Assembly: GCA_016744535.1 (NCBI GenBank)
Contig: JADGEE010000007.1
Coordinates: 1-51,601, forward strand
Source of the DNA: Campylobacteraceae bacterium
GTDB lineage: Bacteria; Campylobacterota; Campylobacteria; Campylobacterales; BB28
Direction of reading: 5' to 3'
DNA length: 51,601 bases
Shown: piece by piece, positions 9,971 through 20,397 of the stretch
How the letters are laid out: each line of letters opens with the position of its first letter
Position numbering within the stretch: the first letter of the stretch is position 1
Program-made: the position numbers and the translations under genes
The notes under the pieces: generated by a model
Told to the model about the DNA's origin: nothing
Database searches by the model: none
The model's input: the letters and a program-made list of their open reading frames with translations, nothing else

Positions 9971-10692
9971 ATAACTCCTTCTTTATAATTTGTTAAAAAA
10001 AATTTATATATTTGTGCTATTGCATAGCTCTCTAGTGTGCCTATATCTCTGTGATATATATTATTATGGAAAATATATATTTTATTTAAAAAATTTGGTA
10101 TTACTTCTGTACTTAAATCTATCTCTTTTTTATTAAGTTTCTCTAAAAATTCAAATATAGAAGGTTCCATTATGTATACAGCTGCATTTGCTAAGTTTGT
10201 TGGAGGATTTTTTACTTTTTCAAAAAATTCTTCTACTACACCATCTTTATTAAGAGATATTACACCACACTGTGTTGGATTATCTGTTGTAAATGTCATC
10301 ATTGTTATTTCACAACCATTTGGTCTATTTTTATGAGCATCTACAAAAGCATTAAAATCACAAAAACTAAGATTATCAGCGTGTACAACCATAAATACTT
10401 CATCTTTTAAATACTCTTTAGAATTTAAAATAGTACCTCCTGTAAGCAATAACTCCTCTTCATAAATTAATTTAATCATATTTTTATATTTAGAGTTTTT
10501 TACATACTCTTGTACTTGCTCTTTTAAATAGTGTGTATTTACTATAAATTCATTTATTCCAATATTAGATAAATTATCTAACCAATACTCCATTAACGGT
10601 TTTCCATCTATTGGTACTAAACATTTTGGAATATAATTAGTAATAGGTCTTAATCTTGTGCCTAATCCAGCAGATAAGAGTAGTGCTTTCAT
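9967..10692 (-). CDS. Sugar-1-phosphate nucleotidyltransferase (NTP_transferase; HddC/mannose-1-P guanylyltransferase-like)
   Basis: LLSAGLGTRLRPIT..PKCL, FFEK, ANAAVY and DIGT motifs. Confidence 0.88.
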   Translation of the reverse strand: MKALLLSAGLGTRLRPITNYIPKCLVPIDGKPLMEYWLDNLSNIGINEFIVNTHYLKEQVQEYVKNSKYKNMIKLIYEEELLLTGGTILNSKEYLKDEVFMVVHADNLSFCDFNAFVDAHKNRPNGCEITMMTFTTDNPTQCGVISLNKDGVVEEFFEKVKNPPTNLANAAVYIMEPSIFEFLEKLNKKEIDLSTEVIPNFLNKIYIFHNNIYHRDIGTLESYAIAQIYKFFLTNYKEGVM

Positions 10693-12161
10693 TCTAAAAT
10701 CTCTTTCTTTATCTCTTCTAAATTAAGAGGAATATTTCCAACTCTTGCAACTTGACAAGCAGCTGCAATAGATCCTATATATGCACTTTCAATTACACTT
10801 GCTCCTGCTGATATAGCCATTGCTGAAGTTATCAAAAGAGAATCCCCAGCTCCAGCTACATCTTTTGGATTAGAATTAAGTGCTTCGATTTGATCTGTTA
10901 TCCATTTCTCTTTATCATTACTATCTCTATTTGCATGAATTAATACACCTTCAGAACCAAGAGTAATAAAAACATTTTTAATGCTACTTTTATTTCTTAA
11001 TTTTTCTGCTAATACAATTAATCCTGATTCAAAATCATTTACTCCAAGTCTAGCTTCTCTCTCTGTTGGTGTAACTAAAGACATATTTTTAAATTTTGAA
11101 ATATCTCCTGTCTGTGATGACGATTGACTATCAGCTACTATCATAATATTTTTTTCTAAGCCTAATTTAGTGATTTTATCAATTAACCTTTGAGGAAGAG
11201 CCCCATAACTAAAATCAGAAAATACTATTAAATTTTTATTATCTATAACTTCTGTAATATCTTCAAAAATTTTATCCTGAGTCTCTATATCTATATGATG
11301 TTGTTTTAAATGATTTACTCTAAGAAGTGTCTTTTTATTAGCTCTAAATCTCTGTTTTAGAGTAGTTGGTCTTGATGTATCAATATATGTATAGGCATTT
11401 ATTTTATACTCTTTTATTTTATCTTTTGTAAAATCAGCATAATTATCATTACCTAATATTGTAAAAAAATCAACTTTTGCACCAAGTCCAGATGAGTGTG
11501 CTGCTACAATACCTGCTCCTCCAATAAACATATTTGATGAGATGGGACTAACTACAATTGTAGGGTCTTCTTGACTCATCCCCAAAGGCTCACAAGTAAT
11601 ATACTCATCTATAATTGTATCACCTATAACTAATATATTTAAATTTTTAAATTTATCTAAAATAGATACTATTTTATTTGGATCTATTTTATGCCTTTTA
11701 GTATAAGCCAATGGTTTTTTAATATTAGAAATATCTACATCCATAAACTCATTACGTAAAAGCGATAATGATGAAAATCTTATATCACCTGAGCCAAATA
11801 TAAGCTTTCCACCATAAGATTCAATAACTTTTAGTTCAATGTTGAATTTATTTTCATGTTCATTACCTTTTACTACTATATCTGGTCTCAACTCTTTTAT
11901 AAATTCAATAACATCAGTCTCTATAATAAAAGAGTAATCCACAAATAAAGAGTGAGATAATGCTTCTAATCTTAAATTAGCATCTATCAATATATCATCA
12001 CTAGAATCACCTTCTAGTCCTACAACTAGAAAACCACCATTATCTTTTGCAAATTTAAGTAATCTAAGGTGTCCTGGATGAAGAATGTTAAATTTACCAT
12101 AGACAAATACTATTTTTTTATCTTTTGCTTGTTCAATAATTTGCTCTATATTATTAAGCAT
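10689..12161 (-). CDS. Bifunctional cytidylyltransferase-like + PfkB sugar kinase (HldE/RfaE-like, reversed domain order)
   Basis: N-terminal GKFNILHPGH (HxGH) and PDIVVKG; C-terminal VIGDTIIDEY, GGAGIVA, FSDF and DVAGAGD. Confidence 0.85.
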   Translation of the reverse strand: MLNNIEQIIEQAKDKKIVFVYGKFNILHPGHLRLLKFAKDNGGFLVVGLEGDSSDDILIDANLRLEALSHSLFVDYSFIIETDVIEFIKELRPDIVVKGNEHENKFNIELKVIESYGGKLIFGSGDIRFSSLSLLRNEFMDVDISNIKKPLAYTKRHKIDPNKIVSILDKFKNLNILVIGDTIIDEYITCEPLGMSQEDPTIVVSPISSNMFIGGAGIVAAHSSGLGAKVDFFTILGNDNYADFTKDKIKEYKINAYTYIDTSRPTTLKQRFRANKKTLLRVNHLKQHHIDIETQDKIFEDITEVIDNKNLIVFSDFSYGALPQRLIDKITKLGLEKNIMIVADSQSSSQTGDISKFKNMSLVTPTEREARLGVNDFESGLIVLAEKLRNKSSIKNVFITLGSEGVLIHANRDSNDKEKWITDQIEALNSNPKDVAGAGDSLLITSAMAISAGASVIESAYIGSIAAACQVARVGNIPLNLEEIKKEILE

Positions 12162-13215
12162 CGAAACACCACTGTCTAATAGGCTTTTTACTTAAGGTTG
12201 CTTTTAACATACGAATTTTAGCTGTAATTGAAGCTAATAAAAATAGTTTGTTTTTTAGAAAAATAGGAATCCATATGCTACCACCTCTTGGTGTTTGATA
12301 ATATTCAATAACATCTATATATATTTCCGAAGAGCAAACATTTTTAAGTTCATAATACGCCTCAAAAAATGAAAATGGACTATTTTTTTGAAAAATTCTA
12401 ATTATATGTCCCATTATGATGTATGAATAATAATACTTAAGATAATCAAAATTATTATTTGCAAGGCGATTGGAGACTACGCTATAAGAGGTCTCTAACA
12501 TATGAAATTTATCTTTTGTTACTTCGTCAGACAAAGAAGCATAATCTAAATTTACACAATAATGGTAAAGATTATTATTTAATACATATACTTCTTTAAT
12601 TTGAATTAAATAGCATATATTAAATAAAACATCTTCATATCTTCTCAACTTCGTATCAAATTGAAGATTATTTTTTCTTATTACATCAAGCACATATAGT
12701 CTGCCCCAAATATTGCCAGCTGTATGTGCTCTTGCACGAATTGATTGGGAATGTTCCAAGTCAAGCGTATTTAAATTCAAAAAATCATCTATAAATATTT
12801 TTTTAGATTCTAGCTTGAAGGGATTACGTGCCACTTCCTTATTTTCACTAAACATATGGCTCATATATGTACAAATTGCAAGTTCTATATTATTCTTTGT
12901 TATAGTTGCAAGTAAAACTTCAACGATTGAGCTATCTATGAAGTCATCTGCATCAACGAACATCAAATACTCTCCTTTTGCCAAGCTAATACCAAGATTC
13001 CTCGCAGCAGATGGACCAGCATTTTTTGATGATGTATATCTTATTCTGTTGTCAATAGCTGCGTAATTCTCACATATTGCTCCACTATTATCAGTAGAAC
13101 CATCATTAATTAATAAAACTTCAATATTTGCATATGACTGAGAAAGTACACTATCAATACAAGTTGATAAAACAGATTCAGCATTATAAACTGGAATTAC
13201 AATAGAGACTAACAT
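12154..13215 (-). CDS. Glycosyltransferase family 2
   Basis: VSIVIPVYNAE, INDGSTD, NAGPSAARNLG, FVDADD and ED motifs. Confidence 0.92.
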   Translation of the reverse strand: MLVSIVIPVYNAESVLSTCIDSVLSQSYANIEVLLINDGSTDNSGAICENYAAIDNRIRYTSSKNAGPSAARNLGISLAKGEYLMFVDADDFIDSSIVEVLLATITKNNIELAICTYMSHMFSENKEVARNPFKLESKKIFIDDFLNLNTLDLEHSQSIRARAHTAGNIWGRLYVLDVIRKNNLQFDTKLRRYEDVLFNICYLIQIKEVYVLNNNLYHYCVNLDYASLSDEVTKDKFHMLETSYSVVSNRLANNNFDYLKYYYSYIIMGHIIRIFQKNSPFSFFEAYYELKNVCSSEIYIDVIEYYQTPRGGSIWIPIFLKNKLFLLASITAKIRMLKATLSKKPIRQWCFDA

Positions 13216-14483
13216 AGGTTACTACTATCAATATTCAAATATTTTTTATAAGGCAAAGGCTTTTTTACTTGTATGGCCGCTTCTATAAGTCCAACGCTAT
13301 AGTCTCGGCCTGGACAAAAAGAGCAAGCTTTCAGATATTTTTGTCCTGAATTTAATTTAGCAATTTTTCTTTTTATAGAATCATCGTCTAATTTCATTAA
13401 ATCAAATTCATCCTCATAATATTCAGGGGGAATGGCTTTAAGATTTGTAACATTTGCAGAAAATGGGCAAGTATAAACTTTTCCGTGCAACAAAGTTAGT
13501 GCATCATTTACACAACAATTTCCAAAAACACTGCACAACTCATTCTCTGTTCGATTTACAAATTCTATTTTCGCACAGTCTTGCCATTTATCTACATCAT
13601 ATGCAATAAAATGTATTTTCATTTTAATTAATAAATTTTTTAATTCTGTAATCTTTTTAGATATTTTTCCATAGTCTGAAATTATCAATGTAACTTTAGA
13701 ATTTTTCATTGATTCAATCGTATCACTATTTGGAATTATTGTGCCATTTGTAAATATAGTGATTTTTTTACATTTCTTATAATTTGACAACTGTTTTATA
13801 ACCGTAGATATATCTTTATAAAGAAATGGCTCGCCACCAATTACTCTAGCCTCATATAATTCATCTATATTATGCATGAAACGCTCAATTGAAGTCTCTA
13901 GTACTTTAGTGTCATTATCTTTAGGTTTCTCATAGTATTGCATTAAATTTGAACAATTCTCACAACGTAATGAGCATTTTTCAGTTAGTACTACATCTAA
14001 ACTTTTTACTTTTATTACATCTGGTTTTTTGGATGCGTCAATGGCAAACATATATGAATCAAGCATCCAGACCAGGCGGTCAATTGGTGCAAATGCTTTC
14101 ACTTTGGACAAATCAAGTTCAAAAAATAAAAAATCACAATCAAATTTCATGAGATTATCGTTACTTTTAATTTGCTCTGACATGTAATTAAACCTAAGAG
14201 ATGCTATTACTACAGCTGTGTATGAGGTGGATTTTTTTAGTTCATTGACAGATATTACTTTATAGCCCAGAAAATCATTACCGCAATTGGTATCGTTGTA
14301 ATCACAAAAACAACTTATATTAATATTATGTTTTTTTAATGCATGCAAAGCAAGTGCTCCATAATTGCCTGTCCCAAATATAATTATATCTTTATAGTTT
14401 TTCAAGCTTTGCAAGTTATCTTCGATGTTAAAAATTTTTATATCTGATTTATAATTCAACGGGCTATATTTATATTTCATCAA
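13209..14483 (-). CDS. Radical SAM protein with N-terminal Rossmann-like domain and Cys-containing C-terminus
   Basis: CSLRCENC, GGEPFL and FTNGT; N-terminal IIFGTGNYG; C-terminal YTCP...CSFC. Confidence 0.85.
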   Translation of the reverse strand: MMKYKYSPLNYKSDIKIFNIEDNLQSLKNYKDIIIFGTGNYGALALHALKKHNINISCFCDYNDTNCGNDFLGYKVISVNELKKSTSYTAVVIASLRFNYMSEQIKSNDNLMKFDCDFLFFELDLSKVKAFAPIDRLVWMLDSYMFAIDASKKPDVIKVKSLDVVLTEKCSLRCENCSNLMQYYEKPKDNDTKVLETSIERFMHNIDELYEARVIGGEPFLYKDISTVIKQLSNYKKCKKITIFTNGTIIPNSDTIESMKNSKVTLIISDYGKISKKITELKNLLIKMKIHFIAYDVDKWQDCAKIEFVNRTENELCSVFGNCCVNDALTLLHGKVYTCPFSANVTNLKAIPPEYYEDEFDLMKLDDDSIKRKIAKLNSGQKYLKACSFCPGRDYSVGLIEAAIQVKKPLPYKKYLNIDSSNLC

Positions 14484-14493
14484 TTATCCTTTA

Positions 14494-16293
14494 TCATTTA
14501 TTTGCTCTCATTCTTTGTACAATTCTTTTAAGTGAACGCTCTATTCTCTTTTTAGACATATCATATATATCTGGATATATTTCTTTTAGTTGAGGAACTT
14601 CTATAGAGTTATTTTGCCTTCTCTCTTTTTTTAAATAAGATATCATTAAGTGAGTATACCAAAATAAATTTTTTATAAACCAATCTACTAATTTATCTGG
14701 AAAAACTGTAATTAATTTAGAAGCAAAAGAAATAGCAACTAATCTCTCTATCTTCATTTTATAGTAAATTATCTTATTATGTTTTTTATAATGATTAGAT
14801 GTTAAATTATATCTTGCTCTCGTAGCATTAAAAAGATTTAATATATCTTGATTTATTTTACTCTTTTTAGAGATGTTTTTATAAAAATATCTGGTCGCCT
14901 CAAGAATTATTAGCCGTTTCCAAAACATCACATCTTTTAATGGTATTCCAGTAACATTAACATAAGTATATAGTCCAGCTTTTTGCTCAACTAATCCCTC
15001 TAAATATTTCTCTTCCTCATCAATAGTTTTAAAAATACCAATTTCTCTAGCATAATCATAAGTTGGCGTTCCTGGAAATATTATAAGTAAATTAGTTGAT
15101 ATATAACCAGAATTAAAAAATTCACTTGGTTCAACTCCAATTTGCAAACAAAGCTCACCTAACATCTTTCCAGTTTCTCTGACTGTATCATTATTCTCAC
15201 CAGGAAGTCCAATCAACATCTGTAAACGAGACATAATACTATTTTGCATTGTATTTACTATTCTAGATAAAACTCTCTGAACTGTAAATTTTTTTTCCAT
15301 AACATCTAATATAACTTGGCTTCCAGATTCAACACCATATTTTAACTCTACACAGTTATGATTTTTATAAAAAATAATATCATCATCATCTACATTCACA
15401 CATCTCACTCCACTAGCAGACCAGAACAGTTTATGTTTTTTAAATAACTTTGCAACTTCGTGTGCTTGTCTCTTATTAGCACCGAAATTTTCATCCATTA
15501 TATTAATAAAACCTACATTAAATTTCTCTATTAAATAAATTAAATATTTTTCAATCTCTTTAACATCATAAACATCATAACCTGAAGATGATCTTTGACA
15601 AAATGTACATGTTGCCGTACACCCTTTGGAAGTATTAATTGAACCAACACCTTTATTAAGTGCTAAATATTCAGCAGTTATTTTATTATGTATCCATGCT
15701 GCTGAATCAGTGGCTTTACTATCATATGAAAAGTTAAAAATTTCATAATCAGGGTTTTGCAGATTATTTACTTTCTCCCCATAACCATTACTATATAATT
15801 TACTTTTATATTTATAAGCAATCCCCTTAATCTTTTTCAACTCTTCATGAACTATCTCTCTTCCATATTTTTTATGATAATTCAAAAGCTCTATCCATGA
15901 CTTTTCACCAGCACCTAAAACACATATATCTAAATCTGTTCTCTCTAATAAAACATGGTAAGTAATAGCCATATTACCACCAACAATAATTAAACAATCT
16001 TTTAGTGTTTCTCTAATAATTTTTGACATTCTTTTAACTTGAGAGTATGAACTAGATATTACCGCACTCATACCTACTACTGTAGGCTTAACTCTTAAAA
16101 GATATTCTCGTATCTTTTGGTCATCAGGTAATATTGTTGCAGTATCATAATAATCATATGTCTCACTATCATAACCAAATTGTTCCATATATTTTATTAT
16201 AGATTGAATCCCCATACGAACTGGTTTTGTATCTTCATTATTTTTAATAAGTTCAACTGATTCATTAGATATTGAAAACAATGATATCATCAT
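14494..16293 (-). CDS. Cobalamin-binding radical SAM protein (class B methyltransferase-like)
   Basis: VVGMSA/IIVGG/GAGE B12-binding-type segment; SKGCTATCTFC, DENF, GVESGS, IGLPGE and FPGT. Confidence 0.85.
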   Translation of the reverse strand: MMISLFSISNESVELIKNNEDTKPVRMGIQSIIKYMEQFGYDSETYDYYDTATILPDDQKIREYLLRVKPTVVGMSAVISSSYSQVKRMSKIIRETLKDCLIIVGGNMAITYHVLLERTDLDICVLGAGEKSWIELLNYHKKYGREIVHEELKKIKGIAYKYKSKLYSNGYGEKVNNLQNPDYEIFNFSYDSKATDSAAWIHNKITAEYLALNKGVGSINTSKGCTATCTFCQRSSSGYDVYDVKEIEKYLIYLIEKFNVGFINIMDENFGANKRQAHEVAKLFKKHKLFWSASGVRCVNVDDDDIIFYKNHNCVELKYGVESGSQVILDVMEKKFTVQRVLSRIVNTMQNSIMSRLQMLIGLPGENNDTVRETGKMLGELCLQIGVEPSEFFNSGYISTNLLIIFPGTPTYDYAREIGIFKTIDEEEKYLEGLVEQKAGLYTYVNVTGIPLKDVMFWKRLIILEATRYFYKNISKKSKINQDILNLFNATRARYNLTSNHYKKHNKIIYYKMKIERLVAISFASKLITVFPDKLVDWFIKNLFWYTHLMISYLKKERRQNNSIEVPQLKEIYPDIYDMSKKRIERSLKRIVQRMRANK

Positions 16294-16302
16294 AAATTTT
16301 CC

Positions 16303-17415
16303 TTAGATAAAATTAATATGCTGTGGCTTTTCGCCTTTAGGTTCTCTTAATTTTATGTCACCTTTTTCATAAGAGTCTAAAAATTCATTTACTTTATGTT
16401 GCAAACATAATGAACCACACATTTTTTGAGCATTAAAATTTGGTGATGCTAAATAGTTCATCACTTCCCAATATCTATCACTTTGTAACATATCTTTAAA
16501 TCTTGTATGTACAATATTACCTATATGAAATTTTTTATATTTTTCGTTAAACAACATTCCACAAGGAGCTACAAGTCCTGAACCTGACATTTGTATTTGA
16601 AATGGAGGGCCATAACATCTTTGATAATCTCTTTTACCATCAGAACTTATTTTAGACCATTTTACTACCACTTTATACTCATCATCAGAATAACTCTCTG
16701 CCTCTTTTAATATAGGTTCTATCTCTGCATATTTTGAATAATCAACTCCCAATGCACCATCTTCACTATCTGATGTATGTTTTATTACCAAATAATCTGG
16801 TCTTAACTCTTTACCTAATTTTGCAAGTGGAATAACTTGGTCTGCATCTTGTGGCATTAATACCATTTGCATACCTATTGTTACATCAAGATTATTTTTT
16901 TTCTTTATCTCTACCATATCTTTAATATTTTGACAAACTTGTTCAAACCAAGCCTCTTTAACACCCATAACTTCCGAATATCTTTTTGCTTCACCAGCAG
17001 AAATATTTACTCTTAGGTAAGTAAGATGAGGTAAAATTCTCTCTAAAGCATCTTTTTTTAAATTGTATCCGTGTGTAGCAGTTGCCATTGATAGCCCAAG
17101 TTTAGAGCCTCTCACTACCATATGTTCAAAGTGTGGAGATAATGTACTCTCTCCATCACTTACTAAACTAATAGCTTTAACTCCAACTTCTACACAATCA
17201 TCTAAAAAATTATCAACAACTTCTCTTGTTATATCAAATCTGTCATTTTCTTGTAATCTTGCATAACAAAAACTGCAACCAAAATTACAAGCTCTAGTTA
17301 ATGACATATCTATTGTAATAGGAGCAATTCTTTCACCTTTTGCCCACTTCTCTATCCTCTCTTTATGCCAAGCTATTTTTGTAGCATCTAAAATCAACTC
17401 TTTGTTTTCAATCAT
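16303..17415 (-). CDS. Radical SAM / SPASM-twitch domain protein
   Basis: CNFGCSFC and DGES; C-terminal CYGP..APC..IGNI..CGSLC; ends HINFI. Confidence 0.88.
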   Translation of the reverse strand: MIENKELILDATKIAWHKERIEKWAKGERIAPITIDMSLTRACNFGCSFCYARLQENDRFDITREVVDNFLDDCVEVGVKAISLVSDGESTLSPHFEHMVVRGSKLGLSMATATHGYNLKKDALERILPHLTYLRVNISAGEAKRYSEVMGVKEAWFEQVCQNIKDMVEIKKKNNLDVTIGMQMVLMPQDADQVIPLAKLGKELRPDYLVIKHTSDSEDGALGVDYSKYAEIEPILKEAESYSDDEYKVVVKWSKISSDGKRDYQRCYGPPFQIQMSGSGLVAPCGMLFNEKYKKFHIGNIVHTRFKDMLQSDRYWEVMNYLASPNFNAQKMCGSLCLQHKVNEFLDSYEKGDIKLREPKGEKPQHINFI

Positions 17416-17419
17416 AATA

Positions 17420-18127
17420 CTATTTCCTACTCTTTTGTCTTACTCTATTATTATCTATTTTTTCTGTATACATTACCTCAATAGGTACTTTTAAAACTTT
17501 TTGTATATATTTTTCTAACTCTAATAAAAAGTGACCAACATTTTTTAAACTTTCGTTATAGACTAAAAATTCTACTCTCATTGGCTTAATAACAGATATA
17601 GAATAGTCACAATCATTTTGATTTATATCTTTAAAATAGCTATCTATTAATTCATTTAATTTTTCTTTTTTTATATTATCACTTAACTTTACCCACTCTT
17701 TTACTGATGCCACTATATAAGCATTACCTGTTGGTGCATTTTTTATTTTTTGTTTATATTGTTTAAAACAATCTCTTATTAAGTCTTGAAGTATTAAAAA
17801 CTCTTTTAATGTATTATTTGGTGTGATAATTCCATCAATAGGCTTTTTACTTGCATCTCTTAATAAATATTCTAATCTTAATACTCCATGATTGCTAGCT
17901 TCTATAATTGGTAAATTAATAATAACACTACAAAAAGCATTTAAAATACCTTTCATAATATCATCTATATTACTTTCATTATAGCTGACACTTGTTATCA
18001 TATGACTTTTTGTATCTACTTCTAACTTTAATGTAATATCACTACTTATAGATATTATCTCTATTTTATTTTCTACAAATTTGAGTATATTATTTTTATA
18101 TATTTCTATCACTATTTTCTTCCTCAT
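17420..18127 (-). CDS. Hypothetical protein resembling a degenerate NifU (IscU-like + Nfu-like domains) without canonical Cys motifs
   Basis: ORF is coupled by an ATGA overlap. Pattern similarity by eye only: LKLEVD...ITSV, LPIIEA, LSDNIKKEKLNELI, LEKYI..VL...IEV. Confidence 0.45.
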   Translation of the reverse strand: MRKKIVIEIYKNNILKFVENKIEIISISSDITLKLEVDTKSHMITSVSYNESNIDDIMKGILNAFCSVIINLPIIEASNHGVLRLEYLLRDASKKPIDGIITPNNTLKEFLILQDLIRDCFKQYKQKIKNAPTGNAYIVASVKEWVKLSDNIKKEKLNELIDSYFKDINQNDCDYSISVIKPMRVEFLVYNESLKNVGHFLLELEKYIQKVLKVPIEVMYTEKIDNNRVRQKSRK

Positions 18128-18612
18128 CTACATCTTAAATAAACTGGACCATTATGTTTAAACATCTGCTTAATTTGCTTTTTTAAATTATCTTTATTTG
18201 GTGCAAGTAGTAAAAAATTTTTAAAAATTGACATCATAGTAATATCATCTTCATCCATACAATGACTTCTACCTAATTTATCAAAATAGTTATTAGCCCC
18301 AACTCCAATTAATTTAATATTCATATTATGCTCGTTCAAGTCATATCTAATTTGCTCATAAGCTCTCATTACTAAAAATGGAACTTGCGAATAAACTAAA
18401 GGTTTTAGTCCTGCTAAATACATTCCTCCAGCCATACTAATAGTTGCTTGTTCACAAATACCAACATTAAAGGTCCTATTTGAGTAATTATCAAAAAAAT
18501 CGTCCAGTACTGCAAAACCCATATCACCAACTAAAAGAGCCATCTTTTCATCATATTTAAAGTAGTTATAAACTTCACTCATAACCTCTTGTTTTGAAAC
18601 TAACTCACTCAT
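18124..18612 (-). CDS. Transketolase-like pyrimidine-binding subunit (no C-terminal domain)
   Basis: LVGDMG, NVGICEQ, MRAYEQIR, GRSH and GPVYLR. ATG at 18612 preferred over the GTG at 18621. Confidence 0.85.
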   Translation of the reverse strand: MSELVSKQEVMSEVYNYFKYDEKMALLVGDMGFAVLDDFFDNYSNRTFNVGICEQATISMAGGMYLAGLKPLVYSQVPFLVMRAYEQIRYDLNEHNMNIKLIGVGANNYFDKLGRSHCMDEDDITMMSIFKNFLLLAPNKDNLKKQIKQMFKHNGPVYLRCR

Positions 18613-19399
18613 CACTACCACCTATTACATAACCATCTTCAGTTGGACATCTAAAATGGTGAGAAATTGAATTTTCTAATATATCAATCCCTTTACCCTT
18701 TACTGTATCACATACTAAAATAGAAAAATTGCTATTTTTATTGTTAAAAAATTTATCAATAGAGTTAAACAACTCATCTTCATTATGTCCATCAACTTTA
18801 TTAAAATTATCACTATAAGAGTTTAATACTTTTGCCAATCTATCATTATCTAAACCAACGTCGGCAACTCTATCCATAGCTTGTAGACCATTTGCATCTA
18901 CAATTAAGAGTAAATTATCAAGTTTAAATCTATAAGCGAGTGCTAATGCTTCAAAATTACTTCCCTCTTGCATTTCGCCATCACCAACTATACAAACAAC
19001 TCTATTTGGTAAATTTTGCATTTTAAATGCTTGTGCTATCCCAACAGCTATAGGTAAACCGTGTCCTAATGAACCAGTTGAAGCCTCAATCATATAATCT
19101 AAATTTTGTGTCAAACACCCTTTTATAGTTGCACCATCTCCATAAAATTTTTCTAATTCAAAATCTGGTAAAAAACCAAGCTCATTTAATATGATATAAT
19201 AAGAATAAGAGCCGTGTCCTTTACTAAATATTACTCTATCTCTAGTATTATCGGTTGCATCACTTTTATTATATTTTAAAAAGTCACGAAATAGAACTGT
19301 TAGCATTTCAACACAAGAGAGTGAAGGGGCTAAGTGTCCAGCTCCTGTTTTACAAGATAATTCAATCGTTTTTTTTCTAATTTCATAAGAATTTAACAT
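18605..19399 (-). CDS. Transketolase-like N-terminal (ThDP-binding) subunit
   Basis: GHLAPSLS, SKGHG, STGSLGHG, GDGEMQEG..N, DGH and TVKGKG. Confidence 0.9.
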   Translation of the reverse strand: MLNSYEIRKKTIELSCKTGAGHLAPSLSCVEMLTVLFRDFLKYNKSDATDNTRDRVIFSKGHGSYSYYIILNELGFLPDFELEKFYGDGATIKGCLTQNLDYMIEASTGSLGHGLPIAVGIAQAFKMQNLPNRVVCIVGDGEMQEGSNFEALALAYRFKLDNLLLIVDANGLQAMDRVADVGLDNDRLAKVLNSYSDNFNKVDGHNEDELFNSIDKFFNNKNSNFSILVCDTVKGKGIDILENSISHHFRCPTEDGYVIGGSDE

Positions 19400-20388
19400 T
19401 ATTTTTTACCTAAGTATTTAAACCAATCTTTGGTGGCTTTGCCAATATTTTTTTCATCCCATAGTGGAGCTTCTCGCCATAATTCTATATTTTCAAGCAT
19501 AATTTTAACTCCATCTTCAAATTTCACTTTAGGTTTCCATCCAATAGCCTCTTTTAATTTTGTAATATCTGCATATGTACAATCTGGCTCACCTGGTCTT
19601 TTTGGAATATAAACTTTCTCACCACCAAGAAGCTCAACCAAATAGTTTACGCTATAAGTGTTATCACTACCTACATTAAATATCTCTCCAGTTATGTTTG
19701 AAATAGCCATAGAGTAACAAGCATCTACAATATCAGTTACATAAGTAAAGTCTCTAGTTTGTTTGCCATCACCCACTATTGTAAGAGGTTTATTATTTAA
19801 TATTTGTGCTAAAAAGACACCAAAAACTGCACCATAAGTACCACTTGTTCTATGCCTTATGCCATATACATTAAAAAATCTCATAGATACAACAGGGATA
19901 TCATAAATTTGTCCCCAATGCATAACATACTGCTCACCTACTGTTTTTGTAAGTGCATAAGGATATTCTGGTTTTATAGGAGATATTTCAGGTGTAGGGT
20001 AAATTTCTGGAATACCATAACAAGATGAAGATGCAGCATATACAAATTTTTTTAAGTTTTTAGATTTTTTAGAGGCTTCTAAAACATTAATTGTTCCATC
20101 TACATTAGCTTTATGATATTTTAATGGATTATTTATTGACGGAACAATGTCTGCAAGTGCTGCATAGTGAAACACATAATCTACATCTTCAAAATACTCA
20201 TCTAAGTTAATTGAATAATCACTTATATCTATATTCAAAAATATTACTTTATCTTTATGGTGAGCAATATTTTGTAATTGACCATTTGCTAAATTATCTA
20301 TAACCGTTACTTCAAAATTTCTATCTATTAATAAGTCAACCATATGAGAGCCTATAAACCCAGCACCTCCTGTAACTACTGCTTTCAT
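19399..20388 (-). CDS. NAD-dependent nucleotide-sugar epimerase/dehydratase (extended SDR)
   Basis: VTGGAGFIGSH, ASSSCYG, YALTK (YxxxK), RFFNVYG and RDFTYV. Confidence 0.93.
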   Translation of the reverse strand: MKAVVTGGAGFIGSHMVDLLIDRNFEVTVIDNLANGQLQNIAHHKDKVIFLNIDISDYSINLDEYFEDVDYVFHYAALADIVPSINNPLKYHKANVDGTINVLEASKKSKNLKKFVYAASSSCYGIPEIYPTPEISPIKPEYPYALTKTVGEQYVMHWGQIYDIPVVSMRFFNVYGIRHRTSGTYGAVFGVFLAQILNNKPLTIVGDGKQTRDFTYVTDIVDACYSMAISNITGEIFNVGSDNTYSVNYLVELLGGEKVYIPKRPGEPDCTYADITKLKEAIGWKPKVKFEDGVKIMLENIELWREAPLWDEKNIGKATKDWFKYLGKK

Positions 20389-20397
20389 TAATATTCC

